NCBI GenBank assembly: GCA_965200315.1
Contig: OZ241362.1
Span: forward strand, 5,184,001 to 5,248,000
Length of the DNA: 64,000 nt
Source of the DNA: Candidatus Latescibacterota bacterium
Lineage (GTDB): Bacteria > Latescibacterota > UBA2968 > UBA8231
Direction of reading: 5' to 3'
Shown: piece by piece, positions 1-9,049 of the stretch
Layout: the number at the start of each line of letters is the position of its first letter
Position numbering within the stretch: position 1 is the stretch's first letter
The notes under the pieces: generated by a model
Databases searched by the model: none
Told to the model about the DNA's origin: nothing
What the model saw: the letters and a program-made list of their open reading frames with translations, nothing else
Program-made: the position numbers and the translations under genes

Positions 1-2
1 TT

Positions 3-2555
3 AAGGCCGCCGATGTGGAGCAAAACAACGTCAAGGGCGATAAGCGGTTTTTTCTGCCTCATATACGAGAGACCAAGTGGAACGCTCAAGATCGCGCCGT
101 CACCATTCCGTTTGCATATCGGCCCTTGACTGCGGCGGAGAGCAAGCAATACGGCAGCCGCGATCAGCAGCATAAAATTATCGCCGAAGTGGTGGAGGCC
201 ATTCCCAAGCGGCTGAGTAAGGAGTTCGATGCGCTGGCTGCGCTGACGGGCGAGCGGCGGCGCAATGGCAGGGACGAATCCGTATCGCATTTGGAGCATC
301 ACCTGCGGCAGTACACCCGGCGCAACACGTCCGACTTTTTCATTCACAAAGGATTGGCTGAGTTCCTTTCCCGCGAGTTGGATTTCTATCTGAAGAGTGA
401 AGTGCTGAACTTGGACGAGATGGCTGTAGCTGGCGAAAACACGGCTGAGGGTTGGTTCCAGATGGTGCGGGTAATAAAGTCTGTCGGCAATCAGGTGATC
501 GCATTTTTGGCGCAGATGGAGAATTTCCAGAAGATGCTGTGGGAAAAGCGCAAGTTCGTTATGGAGACGCAGTACTGTATTGCGCTCGGCAGCGTGGACG
601 AGGGCTTTTATTTAGACATTGCGGGCAACGACGCGCAGTGGGACGAATGGCGAGCGTTATTCCACATTGACGAGGAACAGATCGACCTATTCAATGCAAA
701 TAAAAACGGGCGTGAAAAACGCATTGACTTTCTGGAGAAGCATCCGACTCTGGTATTGGATACCAAACACTTCGACGCCGATTTCACCGACCGGCTGTTG
801 GCGAGTTTTGACGATTTGGACGGGATAACCGACGGGCTGTTGATTCACGGAGAGAACTGGCAGGCGTTGAATCTGTTGACAGAGCGGTATCGGGAGGAGG
901 TGAAGTGTATTTATATTGATCCGCCGTATAATACCGGAGATTCGGAGATTCTGTATAAAAACGGCTATAAGGATTCCGCGTGGCTGACGATGATGGAGAA
1001 CCGCCTTACGACTGGAAAAGCGTTCTTGGAAGAAAGAGGTATGCAATGCACGACGATCGACGACGTGGAGTTTCACATGTTAAAGGAACTAATCACCAAA
1101 ACATTCGGAAGCGAAAATATAACTGGAGTTGCAGTTATAAAAAATAACCCTTCTGGTCGTTCTACTGTCAAAGGGTTCTCAATATCACACGAATATGCGA
1201 TTTTCTCATCTGCCTCAGAAAATACTGTCTTGGGAGCAATACCAAGAACAGGAGAACAACTACAGCAATACCCCGAGGAAGATGAAATGGGTAAATTTCA
1301 GTGGCGTAGCTTTATTCGGTTAGGCGGTGAAAATGACTTTCGTACTGCACGTCCCAAGTTACACTATCCTCTCGTAGTTTCAGGAGATACGGTTCGGCTA
1401 CCTGCGATGGAATGGAATAGTCTAGCTAGCAGATGGGATCTATCTGAAAATCTACGCGAAAATGAGGAAGTGTTTTGGCCTATATATAGCGACAAAGAGT
1501 ACACTTGGAGGCTGGGTGTGGACACACTCAGAAATCGTATTGGCGACTTACGAGTGCGCCAAACACGGAATGGGTGTATGACAATCGAGATCAAATTCCG
1601 ACTTGACGATGATGGAGTTTTACCTAAAACTGTGTGGGATGAAAAGTGGATGAATGCGACTTCATATGGCACTACAGTGTTGCGAAACATAATGGGTAGA
1701 TCACAAGCATTTTCCTTCCCAAAGTCTGTTTATGCAATAGAAAAGAGTCTACGTGTCGGCGGGCTAGGCATCTTGGGAACTATCCTCGACTACTTCGCCG
1801 GCTCTGGCACCACCGGCCACGCGGTCATTAATCTAAACCGCGAGGACGGCGGGCAGCGCAAGTTCATCCTCGTGGAGATGGGCGAATACTTCGACACGGT
1901 GTTGCTGCCGCGCATCAAGAAAGTATCATTCACGCCTGAGTGGAAAGATGGCAAGCCTAAGCGCATGGCCACGCCGGAAGAAGCCGAGCGAAGCCCGCGT
2001 ATTGTCAAATACATGCGCTTGGAATCCTACGAAGATGCGCTGAGCAGCATTGAGCTAAACGACGATCCCGCGCAGTTGAAATTACTCGAAAAGACATTCG
2101 GCGACGACTATTTGCTCAAGTACCTACTAGAATGGGAAACTAGGGGCAACGAAACCCTGCTCAATGTAGAAAAGCTACGCAGCCCGTTCCGCTACCGGCT
2201 GCGGATTTACGCCAACGGCGCAACCCACGAGCGCACCGTTGATTTGCCCGAAACGTTCAACTACCTGCTGGGCCTGAAGGTGCAGACGCGCCAAGTGTAT
2301 GCCGATGGCGAGCAGCACTACTTGGTCTATCGGGGCGAAACCCGCGACGCGCCCGGGCAGAAAGTAGCAATTATCTGGCGAGCAACCGACGAATGGGTGC
2401 AAGCCGACTTTGAGCGCGACCGGCAATTTGTATCCGAGCAAAAGCTGGTCGAAGGGGCAGACATAGTCTATGTCAACGGCGACTCCTGCATCCTCACAGC
2501 CACCGCCATAGAGCCACTGTTCAAGACGCGGATGTTCGTCAGGATGGAGCAATGA
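3..2555 (+). CDS. mod: Type III restriction-modification methyltransferase (Mod subunit), 5'-partial
   Basis: Frame is open from the window edge. IYIDPPYNTG (motif IV) precedes FAGSGTT (motif I), the beta-class order. A type III Res gene lies downstream. Confidence 0.92.
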   Translation, partial: KAADVEQNNVKGDKRFFLPHIRETKWNAQDRAVTIPFAYRPLTAAESKQYGSRDQQHKIIAEVVEAIPKRLSKEFDALAALTGERRRNGRDESVSHLEHHLRQYTRRNTSDFFIHKGLAEFLSRELDFYLKSEVLNLDEMAVAGENTAEGWFQMVRVIKSVGNQVIAFLAQMENFQKMLWEKRKFVMETQYCIALGSVDEGFYLDIAGNDAQWDEWRALFHIDEEQIDLFNANKNGREKRIDFLEKHPTLVLDTKHFDADFTDRLLASFDDLDGITDGLLIHGENWQALNLLTERYREEVKCIYIDPPYNTGDSEILYKNGYKDSAWLTMMENRLTTGKAFLEERGMQCTTIDDVEFHMLKELITKTFGSENITGVAVIKNNPSGRSTVKGFSISHEYAIFSSASENTVLGAIPRTGEQLQQYPEEDEMGKFQWRSFIRLGGENDFRTARPKLHYPLVVSGDTVRLPAMEWNSLASRWDLSENLRENEEVFWPIYSDKEYTWRLGVDTLRNRIGDLRVRQTRNGCMTIEIKFRLDDDGVLPKTVWDEKWMNATSYGTTVLRNIMGRSQAFSFPKSVYAIEKSLRVGGLGILGTILDYFAGSGTTGHAVINLNREDGGQRKFILVEMGEYFDTVLLPRIKKVSFTPEWKDGKPKRMATPEEAERSPRIVKYMRLESYEDALSSIELNDDPAQLKLLEKTFGDDYLLKYLLEWETRGNETLLNVEKLRSPFRYRLRIYANGATHERTVDLPETFNYLLGLKVQTRQVYADGEQHYLVYRGETRDAPGQKVAIIWRATDEWVQADFERDRQFVSEQKLVEGADIVYVNGDSCILTATAIEPLFKTRMFVRMEQ

Positions 2556-3259
2556 GCATGCAAATCGAAATCCCCAAAGACGCAATCGCCGCATTCTGTC
2601 GGCGCAACCGCATTCGGCGCATGGCCCTGTTTGGCTCGGTGCTGCGCGACGACTTCGGGCCGGAAAGCGATGTAGATGTGCTAGTGGAGTTTGAGCCGGA
2701 TGTGCGTTTGGGTTGGAAGTTTTTTGCTGTGTCTGCGGAGCTGGGCCGCATTTTGGGCCACAAGGCTGATATGCACACCTTTGAGTCCATTGCAAACAAG
2801 CAAAATTGGCTGCTGCGCGAGGAAATACTCGGCTCGGCCGAAGCGCTGTACGAGCGAGGGCCGGCGTATGAAAGCTGGCCGCAAGAAGGCTGCGATAAGC
2901 CGCTCAAGACAGGTGGGAAGCGGCGCGACGACCGTGTACCCCTGCTGGATATGCTCATCCACGCGAGAAAAGCGGTTGATTCGTTTGGCGAGGTAAGCCG
3001 CGAGGACTTGGAAAACGACTGGATAAAGGAGTTCGCCCTTACTCGGGCAGTGGAAGTGATCGGCGAAGCGGCCCGTCGGGTCTCGCTGCCGACGCAGCAA
3101 CACTACCCGGAAGTGCCGTGGGGTGAAATTATCGGAACGCGCAACGTGCTAGCGCACGACTATGACCAAGTGGACCGCGACAAGCTCTGCGATATGGTGT
3201 GGAATCATCTGCCGCCGCTGATTGCTCATTTGGAAGCTATCGTTGGGGAAGGAGCCTAA
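2552..3259 (+). CDS. Fused minimal nucleotidyltransferase (MntA-like) / HEPN DUF86 (HepT-like) protein
   Basis: N-terminal GS-x10-DxD (GSVLRDDFGPESDVD) and C-terminal RNVLAHDY (Rx4HxY) in one uninterrupted frame. ATGA overlap with the mod stop. Confidence 0.88.
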   Translation: MSMQIEIPKDAIAAFCRRNRIRRMALFGSVLRDDFGPESDVDVLVEFEPDVRLGWKFFAVSAELGRILGHKADMHTFESIANKQNWLLREEILGSAEALYERGPAYESWPQEGCDKPLKTGGKRRDDRVPLLDMLIHARKAVDSFGEVSREDLENDWIKEFALTRAVEVIGEAARRVSLPTQQHYPEVPWGEIIGTRNVLAHDYDQVDRDKLCDMVWNHLPPLIAHLEAIVGEGA

Positions 3260-3263
3260 GGCC

Positions 3264-6200
3264 ATGCCGCGCCGCCCCACGCCAAAGGACGCCATGTCGG
3301 CCGCCAAGTTGGAACAGCGCTTGGTCCTATTGGCTTGGCTACACAGCCGGCTAGGCTATGCCAACACCAGCGAGCTATTGGCAGACATAGCGCAAGCCGA
3401 CGAAGGCTTTGACGCTGAGGGCCGCAGCCCTATCTACGCCCGGCTGTCCTCGCGCTCTGAGAAGATGCGGGATATTTTGCCGGAGGACTTGGTGCGTTAC
3501 GACGACCACATCCGCAAGCATTTAGCGGCCATGAACGCGGGCCGCCGCCAGCCCATCACGCTGCGCTATTTCCAGTATTTGGCCGCACTGTACAGCGAGA
3601 TTTTCTTGGACTGGTACTTCAACCGCCGCGCCGCGCTGCTGCGCTCACTGAACGAACTAGTCTGGCGGCGCAATAAGGCGCAGGAAACAGAGTTTGCCTC
3701 AGAGGATTTGTGCAAGCTGGCGTTCTGGATGGCCACCGGCAGCGGCAAGACTCTGATCATGCACTTGAACTACCGGCAATACCTGCATTACAACAAGGAG
3801 CCGCTCGACAACATACTACTCATTACGCCTAACGAGGGCCTGAGTCAGCAGCATATTGACGAACTGCAAGCCTCCAATATCGCGGCCGTGCGCTTTGACC
3901 TGAATGAAAGCGGTCTGCTAAACGAAGATCGCGTCAAAGTCACCGAGATCACCAAATTGGTGATAAAAAAGAAGGGCAAAGGGGAGAGCATTCCGGTTGA
4001 GGCCTTTGAAGGCCACAACCTGATTTTTGTGGACGAGGGGCACAAAGGATCTGGCGGCGATGCGTGGCGCCAGGTTCGGGATGCGCTAGGGGCCACCGGG
4101 TTCACCTTTGAATACAGTGCGACCTTCGGGCAAGCCCTGACCGCGGCGCAAAACGAGTTCCTGATAGCCGAATACGGCAAAGCCATCGCCTTTGATTATT
4201 CCTATCGCTATTTCTACGACGACGGCTATGGCAAAAATTTTCATATCCTCAACCTGCGAGAGGAGACGACAGCCGACCAGACTGATAGGCTGCTGCTAGC
4301 CAACCTGCTGTCGTTCTACCAACAACAGCGCGTTTTCAGCCAACAGCAAGAGGAGCTGCGGCCTTACAACTTGGCAAGGCCACTGTGGGTGTTCGTCGGC
4401 AGCCGCGTCAACGCGGTCTATACGGAAAAAGGCCAACCGCGCAGCAACATCCTGACGGTCGTACGCTTCCTACATCGGCTACTGGCGCAACGCGATTGGG
4501 CTATAAGTACCATCAAGCAGCTATTGCAGGCACAGTCGGGATTGCTGGATCCGTATGGGGAAGATCTTTTTGCTGATAAGTTGACATATTTACGCGGTAA
4601 AATGGATGCTGAGGCGGTCTATTGTGCCATATTAACAGACATTCTGGCTGAGTCGTCCGCGAGCGGGGGCGGGCTACACGTATGCGATATCCGCGGCAGC
4701 GAGGGCGAATTGGGCCTCAAAGTCAGCGGAGCGGAAAACTACTTTGGCCTGATTTACGTCGGCGACAAGGCCAAGTTCAAAAAGCTGGTCGCGGCGGACA
4801 ACGCCGGCATCGTCACGGAAGAAGACGCGTTCTCCGACTCCCTGTTCGACGGTATCAACGAGCCAAAGACGACCATTGAGGTACTTATTGGGGCCCGCAA
4901 GTTTATAGAGGGTTGGAATTCGTATCGGGTGTCCAATATGGGGCTGCTCAACATCGGCCAGAGCGAGGGGTCGCAGATAATCCAGCTATTCGGGCGCGGC
5001 GTCCGCTTGCGGGGGCGGGACAGGACGCTAAAACGCAGCTCTGCGCTAGACGGGCGGCATCCCGATCACATCGAGCTGCTAGAGACCCTGAACATCTTTG
5101 CTGTCCGCGCCAACTACATGGCCCAATTCCGAGGCTATCTGGAGCGAGAAGGCGTTGCCACAGAGGGGCTTTTGGAATTTCCCCTGTTTATCCGTCCCAA
5201 CGAGGACTTTCTGAATAAGGGGTTGGTTGTTCCCCGGGTGGACGATGGACGGGATTTCGCGGTTGATACAGGGGTTGTGCTGGAGCCGGTCCCGAATATG
5301 AACCGAGTGTCCGTTGACATGTCTGCCAAGGTCCAAAGGCTGGATAGCAGTGAATCGGGTCCAATGGAGGCGAAGGCCGGCGCGGAATTGCTCATACCGG
5401 ATGCAAGTCTCAAACTAATAGATTGGGAAAGCATCCATTTCGACCTGCTTGCATACAAGGCGCGAAAAGGGTGGGGAAACTTGCTCGTCCAACCGGATGC
5501 GCCGCGAGAAATTTTGGCATACCGCAGCAAATCCGGTGCGCTGTATCGCCTGATAGCGGAGGACGCCGTAGTACGTCCGAAAAACCTCGACGACTTGGAG
5601 CGGCTACAAGAGGCGGCGACTAGCATTGTGCGGCAGTACGCCGACGCCCTCTATCGGCACCGACGCGAGCAGTGGGATTCAGAAAATTTGGTCTATAAGA
5701 CGCTAGACGAGCGAGAGCCCAATCTGCGGTTCAACGTCCGCGATGCCGACGACAGCCGCACCGGCCAATACATAGTAAGCGTGCCGCGGTCGGAAACCGC
5801 ATTGATAGAGGAGATTGAAAAGCTCATCGAGGATAGCTGTGCGCTATACGACAACGAGGCCGCAGCGGGTGCTTTGCCGCGTCTTCATTTTGACCGGCAC
5901 TTATATCAACCGCTGCTGCAAGAAGGCGATGTCAAGGTAAAAATATCCCCACTGGGATTAAATGAAAGCGAACAGAAATTCGTGCGGGATGTGCGGGCAT
6001 ACTGGAAAAAAGAGCAAGGTAACGCACTGGCCGGCGCGGAGATATTCCTGTTGCGGAATCTGAGCCGCGGCAAAGGCGTAGGGTTCTACGAAACCAGCGG
6101 CTTCTACCCGGACTTCATTCTATGGATAAAAAAGGGCGACGAACAACGCATTGTGTTCATCGAGCCGCACGGCATGCTCCATGCAAATGCTTACAGGCAC

Positions 6201-6428
6201 GACGCCAAGGCCCAATTGCACGAGCGGCTACCGGACGTAGCCGCTAAAATGTCCCGCTCAAACGTAAGCCTCGATTCTTTCATAATTTCGGCGACGCCCT
6301 ACAAAGACCTGTATAGACACTACAATAACGGCGAGTGGACGCTAGAGCAGTTTGCTGAAAAGCACATTCTCTTTCCCGAGCGGGATGGCGACTATATGGC
6401 AAGAATTATCGGGTGCGTTAAGAGCTAA
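3264..6428 (+). CDS. res: Type III restriction endonuclease Res subunit (SF2 helicase plus PD-(D/E)xK-like nuclease)
   Basis: MATGSGKT, VDEGH, YSATF, QLFGRGVR and C-terminal FYPDF...FIEPHG. ATG at 3264 follows AAGGAG. Confidence 0.92.
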   Translation: MPRRPTPKDAMSAAKLEQRLVLLAWLHSRLGYANTSELLADIAQADEGFDAEGRSPIYARLSSRSEKMRDILPEDLVRYDDHIRKHLAAMNAGRRQPITLRYFQYLAALYSEIFLDWYFNRRAALLRSLNELVWRRNKAQETEFASEDLCKLAFWMATGSGKTLIMHLNYRQYLHYNKEPLDNILLITPNEGLSQQHIDELQASNIAAVRFDLNESGLLNEDRVKVTEITKLVIKKKGKGESIPVEAFEGHNLIFVDEGHKGSGGDAWRQVRDALGATGFTFEYSATFGQALTAAQNEFLIAEYGKAIAFDYSYRYFYDDGYGKNFHILNLREETTADQTDRLLLANLLSFYQQQRVFSQQQEELRPYNLARPLWVFVGSRVNAVYTEKGQPRSNILTVVRFLHRLLAQRDWAISTIKQLLQAQSGLLDPYGEDLFADKLTYLRGKMDAEAVYCAILTDILAESSASGGGLHVCDIRGSEGELGLKVSGAENYFGLIYVGDKAKFKKLVAADNAGIVTEEDAFSDSLFDGINEPKTTIEVLIGARKFIEGWNSYRVSNMGLLNIGQSEGSQIIQLFGRGVRLRGRDRTLKRSSALDGRHPDHIELLETLNIFAVRANYMAQFRGYLEREGVATEGLLEFPLFIRPNEDFLNKGLVVPRVDDGRDFAVDTGVVLEPVPNMNRVSVDMSAKVQRLDSSESGPMEAKAGAELLIPDASLKLIDWESIHFDLLAYKARKGWGNLLVQPDAPREILAYRSKSGALYRLIAEDAVVRPKNLDDLERLQEAATSIVRQYADALYRHRREQWDSENLVYKTLDEREPNLRFNVRDADDSRTGQYIVSVPRSETALIEEIEKLIEDSCALYDNEAAAGALPRLHFDRHLYQPLLQEGDVKVKISPLGLNESEQKFVRDVRAYWKKEQGNALAGAEIFLLRNLSRGKGVGFYETSGFYPDFILWIKKGDEQRIVFIEPHGMLHANAYRHDAKAQLHERLPDVAAKMSRSNVSLDSFIISATPYKDLYRHYNNGEWTLEQFAEKHILFPERDGDYMARIIGCVKS

Positions 6429-6443
6429 CATTGGAGTCAGAAA

Positions 6444-7226
6444 ATGACCGACCATCCCACCGGTGCCGAGCGTTTCTTCTTTGACAACAACGGCTACTTG
6501 GTGCTGGAAAATTTTCTCGCGCCGGATCGGGTCGCGGCCCTCTACGCGGCGCTGGAACACACCATTGAGCGGCGGCGTGACGTCCAGTTCAAGCGGGCGC
6601 ACGAGCCAGCTTTTGCCGACCGGCTCGACGCGGCCAACGCACGGGTCATGCACCTGCTGGCCGAGGACCCGCTCTTTTTAGAAATGCTCGACTACGAGCC
6701 GATGATGGCCTACGTCCACGGCCTCTTTAACGAGATGCCACACCTGCACTCGACGGACGCCTTCTACGAGGTCGAACCTGCCGACTATCACGGGCAAGGC
6801 TGGCACATCGACGGCATTCAGGATGGCTTCCGCAACCTCAAGCCGCACATCCCACTGTTGCAGTTCAAGGTGGGTTACTACCTGAGCGACATGAGCGAGC
6901 CAGACCAAGGCAACCTGACCTTGGTGCCCGGCAGCCACAAGGCCCTGCTGGAGCCGGACGCTGGGGATATGCTTGGGGCCGTGCAGATATGCGGCGGCCC
7001 GGGGACGGCGGTGCTGTTCCACAACGCGATGTGGCACACAGCCGGGCCCTTTACGCGCCGCCGAGGCAAGCGGGTGATGCTGTACTATGGGTACGAACAT
7101 CCGTGGATGCTGGCGTGTGCCGAGCAGTGGCGCTACGATCAGACCTTCTTGCAGGGGCTTTCACCGGCGCAGCGGCGCTTTTTCCACGGGTTTGTGTTCG
7201 ACCCGCCTGAGTATCGCTGGGGATGA
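6444..7226 (+). CDS. Phytanoyl-CoA dioxygenase (PhyH) family Fe(II)/2OG dioxygenase
   Basis: FFxxNGYLVLE, WHID, G-x-LxLVPGSH, and a distal WH metal ligand. Confidence 0.85.
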   Translation: MTDHPTGAERFFFDNNGYLVLENFLAPDRVAALYAALEHTIERRRDVQFKRAHEPAFADRLDAANARVMHLLAEDPLFLEMLDYEPMMAYVHGLFNEMPHLHSTDAFYEVEPADYHGQGWHIDGIQDGFRNLKPHIPLLQFKVGYYLSDMSEPDQGNLTLVPGSHKALLEPDAGDMLGAVQICGGPGTAVLFHNAMWHTAGPFTRRRGKRVMLYYGYEHPWMLACAEQWRYDQTFLQGLSPAQRRFFHGFVFDPPEYRWG

Positions 7227-7789
7227 ACTGGAACTCGCCCGATCTACGAGGTCGTCGCCAGTTGGGCTTGGCCCTGTTTTTGATCTCGCTGGCGATGCTG
7301 TTTGGGGCCAGCATCGCGGCTTTTGCCTACCTGCGGCTGACTAGCCCGGCGTTGCAGGGGAGCGAGCGGATTGAGCTGCCGCTGGTGCTCGGCGTTTCGA
7401 CTGTCGTGCTGTTGGGTGCTGGGGTGGCGATGTACAAGGCGACGCAGAATGCCCGGCGCGGGCACTTCCCACTGCTGAGGCGGTGGTTGGCTTGGGCTTG
7501 GGTGACGAGCGCGTTGTTTATTGCCGTGCAGGTGCCGGCGCTGATGCAGCTACTCGATCGCCATCGGGCGCTGGAGGCGAGTGTCTATGGCATTGCATTT
7601 GCGCTGGTGGTGGTTCATGCGCTGCACGTGGTGGGTGGGATGGTGCCGTTGTCGATGCTGGCGTGGAAGGCGCGTACAAATCGGCTCGACAGCGAGCACT
7701 TGCACTCCGTGCGGGCCTGCGCCGCGTATTGGCATTTCCTCGAAGCGGTGTGGATCGCGCTGTTGGGTGCGTTTTTTGTGTGGGGGTGA
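7223..7789 (+). CDS. Heme-copper oxidase subunit III-like membrane protein
   Basis: Five hydrophobic segments, HALHVVGG and YWHFLEAVW motifs. Confidence 0.8.
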   Translation: MNWNSPDLRGRRQLGLALFLISLAMLFGASIAAFAYLRLTSPALQGSERIELPLVLGVSTVVLLGAGVAMYKATQNARRGHFPLLRRWLAWAWVTSALFIAVQVPALMQLLDRHRALEASVYGIAFALVVVHALHVVGGMVPLSMLAWKARTNRLDSEHLHSVRACAAYWHFLEAVWIALLGAFFVWG

Positions 7790-7832
7790 AGGACGCGCGG
7801 GAAAGTTTCGTACCAGTACCTCTTCGGCGTTG

Positions 7833-8216
7833 CTAGCCAGTTGGCTCGCTCACGGATGCCAGAAGCTCAAAGTCCGTATCTGCGGATTCGAGCGCGGCAC
7901 CGTGGCGGCGGGCGCAGGCGGCAATGAGCACATCGGTGGCCGGGGCGGTAATGCCTTGGGCGCGCGCTCGCCGCGCCAGATCACAGGCCGCCTGCCAGAC
8001 CTCTGAGTCGATGGGCAGCTCGGGGAGGGTGCGGGCAAAGTCCCGCAGGACCTTCTGTTCCTGTTGCCCGGAGGCACCGTTCCACAGCTCGAGCTGTACC
8101 AGTGGGCACCAACAGGCCTGCCCACTGGTCAGCGCCGCTTCGACGCGAGCGCGCACCGTGGGATCGCCGCCCGGACGGAGCATGTGTATCCAGGACGAGG
8201 TATCGACGAGGATCAA
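7833..8216 (-). CDS. vapC: VapC-type PIN-domain toxin
   Basis: ILVDTSSWI, EL, DVLIAA and D-x-DF acidic PIN motifs. Confidence 0.9.
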   Translation of the reverse strand: MILVDTSSWIHMLRPGGDPTVRARVEAALTSGQACWCPLVQLELWNGASGQQEQKVLRDFARTLPELPIDSEVWQAACDLARRARAQGITAPATDVLIAACARRHGAALESADTDFELLASVSEPTG

Positions 8217-8220
8217 CGGC

Positions 8221-8424
8221 TCAGCCTTGCCGCCGTGCGGCCTGAAGCTCTTGCGGCGCGATCAGCTCTGGGCAAGTGCCAGCGTATTGGACGAGTTCCG
8301 CCATGCGCCTGCGGCGGTTGAAGTCCGCGATGGCTCCGACGATGGCCTCGCGTTTGGTCTTTGCTTGCGTGAACCTGATGGCATCCTCAAGCTCATCTTC
8401 GGGAATATCAACAGTAGTTTTCAT
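8221..8424 (-). CDS. vapB: VapB antitoxin
   Basis: MKTTVDIPEDEL...KTKREAI RHH-type start, directly upstream of vapC. Confidence 0.85.
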   Translation of the reverse strand: MKTTVDIPEDELEDAIRFTQAKTKREAIVGAIADFNRRRRMAELVQYAGTCPELIAPQELQAARRQG

Positions 8425-8430
8425 AATTCT

Positions 8431-8459
8431 AAAGTAGCTATTTATAGAATCTATATCAA
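8431..8459 (-). promoter_or_regulatory. Putative sigma70 promoter of vapBC with overlapping palindromic operator
   Basis: Minus strand TTGATA-N17-TACTTT ends 6 nt before the ATG. Palindrome TATAGA-N-TCTATA at 8443-8455. Confidence 0.55.
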
Positions 8460-8569
8460 GCATAATTATATTCTTTCTGGCTTGTCAGATTGTTCATGAT
8501 TTTGAAATTATATGCACTATATATTGTTGTTATTGTCAGCTTCAAGTACTCAGCCGGGAGGAGTTTATT

Positions 8570-8955
8570 ATGCAAAGCATATATGCGGACTTAGCCGGCC
8601 TAATGAGCCTGTTGGGAACGGCGGTCCTCGTCGGTTCGCTCGTCTTCGGGCAGGCGGCGTGATCCGAGGAGGCGGAGAAAGAGGACGAAGATGATGCCTA
8701 TACCGACGCCTATTTGATGGAGGAAGCCATCGTCGTAGGGTCGCGCCATGCGCCGCACTCGATTCCTTTGACGGAGGCGTCATTGTCGATGCCGAAGTCG
8801 GCTACCAGTTGAGCGTGGGAACGCAGAATTTTTTCGACTCAGTGGCCGCCGCGCCGCCCGAGGAGACCGCCGGTCAGGGCAATCTGCGCCCGGAGAGTAC
8901 GCCTTGGGATTACAACGGTGCTTTCTGGTACATGCGCTTGTTTGCGGAATTTTGA
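8570..8955 (+). pseudogene. TonB-dependent receptor remnant (N- and C-termini only)
   Basis: GGAGGAG RBS, then a signal-like start interrupted by TGA at 8660, then TonB-box-like MEEAIVVGSR. Another frame carries barrel C-terminus VDAEVGYQLSVGTQNFFD...PWDYNGAFWYMRLFAEF*. Confidence 0.75.
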
Positions 8956-9049
8956 TTGCAAATCGTCTAAAGCAGACGGTGGAAGATGCGGTCGAGCAGT
9001 GCAAGCTCGGCCGCATTTCCAGGTGGATGCTGCTCTGTTTCCCCGGCCC

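Noticed and set aside
8495-8525. Possible Fur box upstream of the TonB receptor relic
   Set aside because: AT-rich but matches the GATAATGATAATCATTATC consensus too weakly to call.
8660-8662. In-frame TGA as selenocysteine or alternative genetic code
   Set aside because: TGA terminates many intact genes here, and this locus is also frameshifted and deleted, so it is a nonsense mutation.
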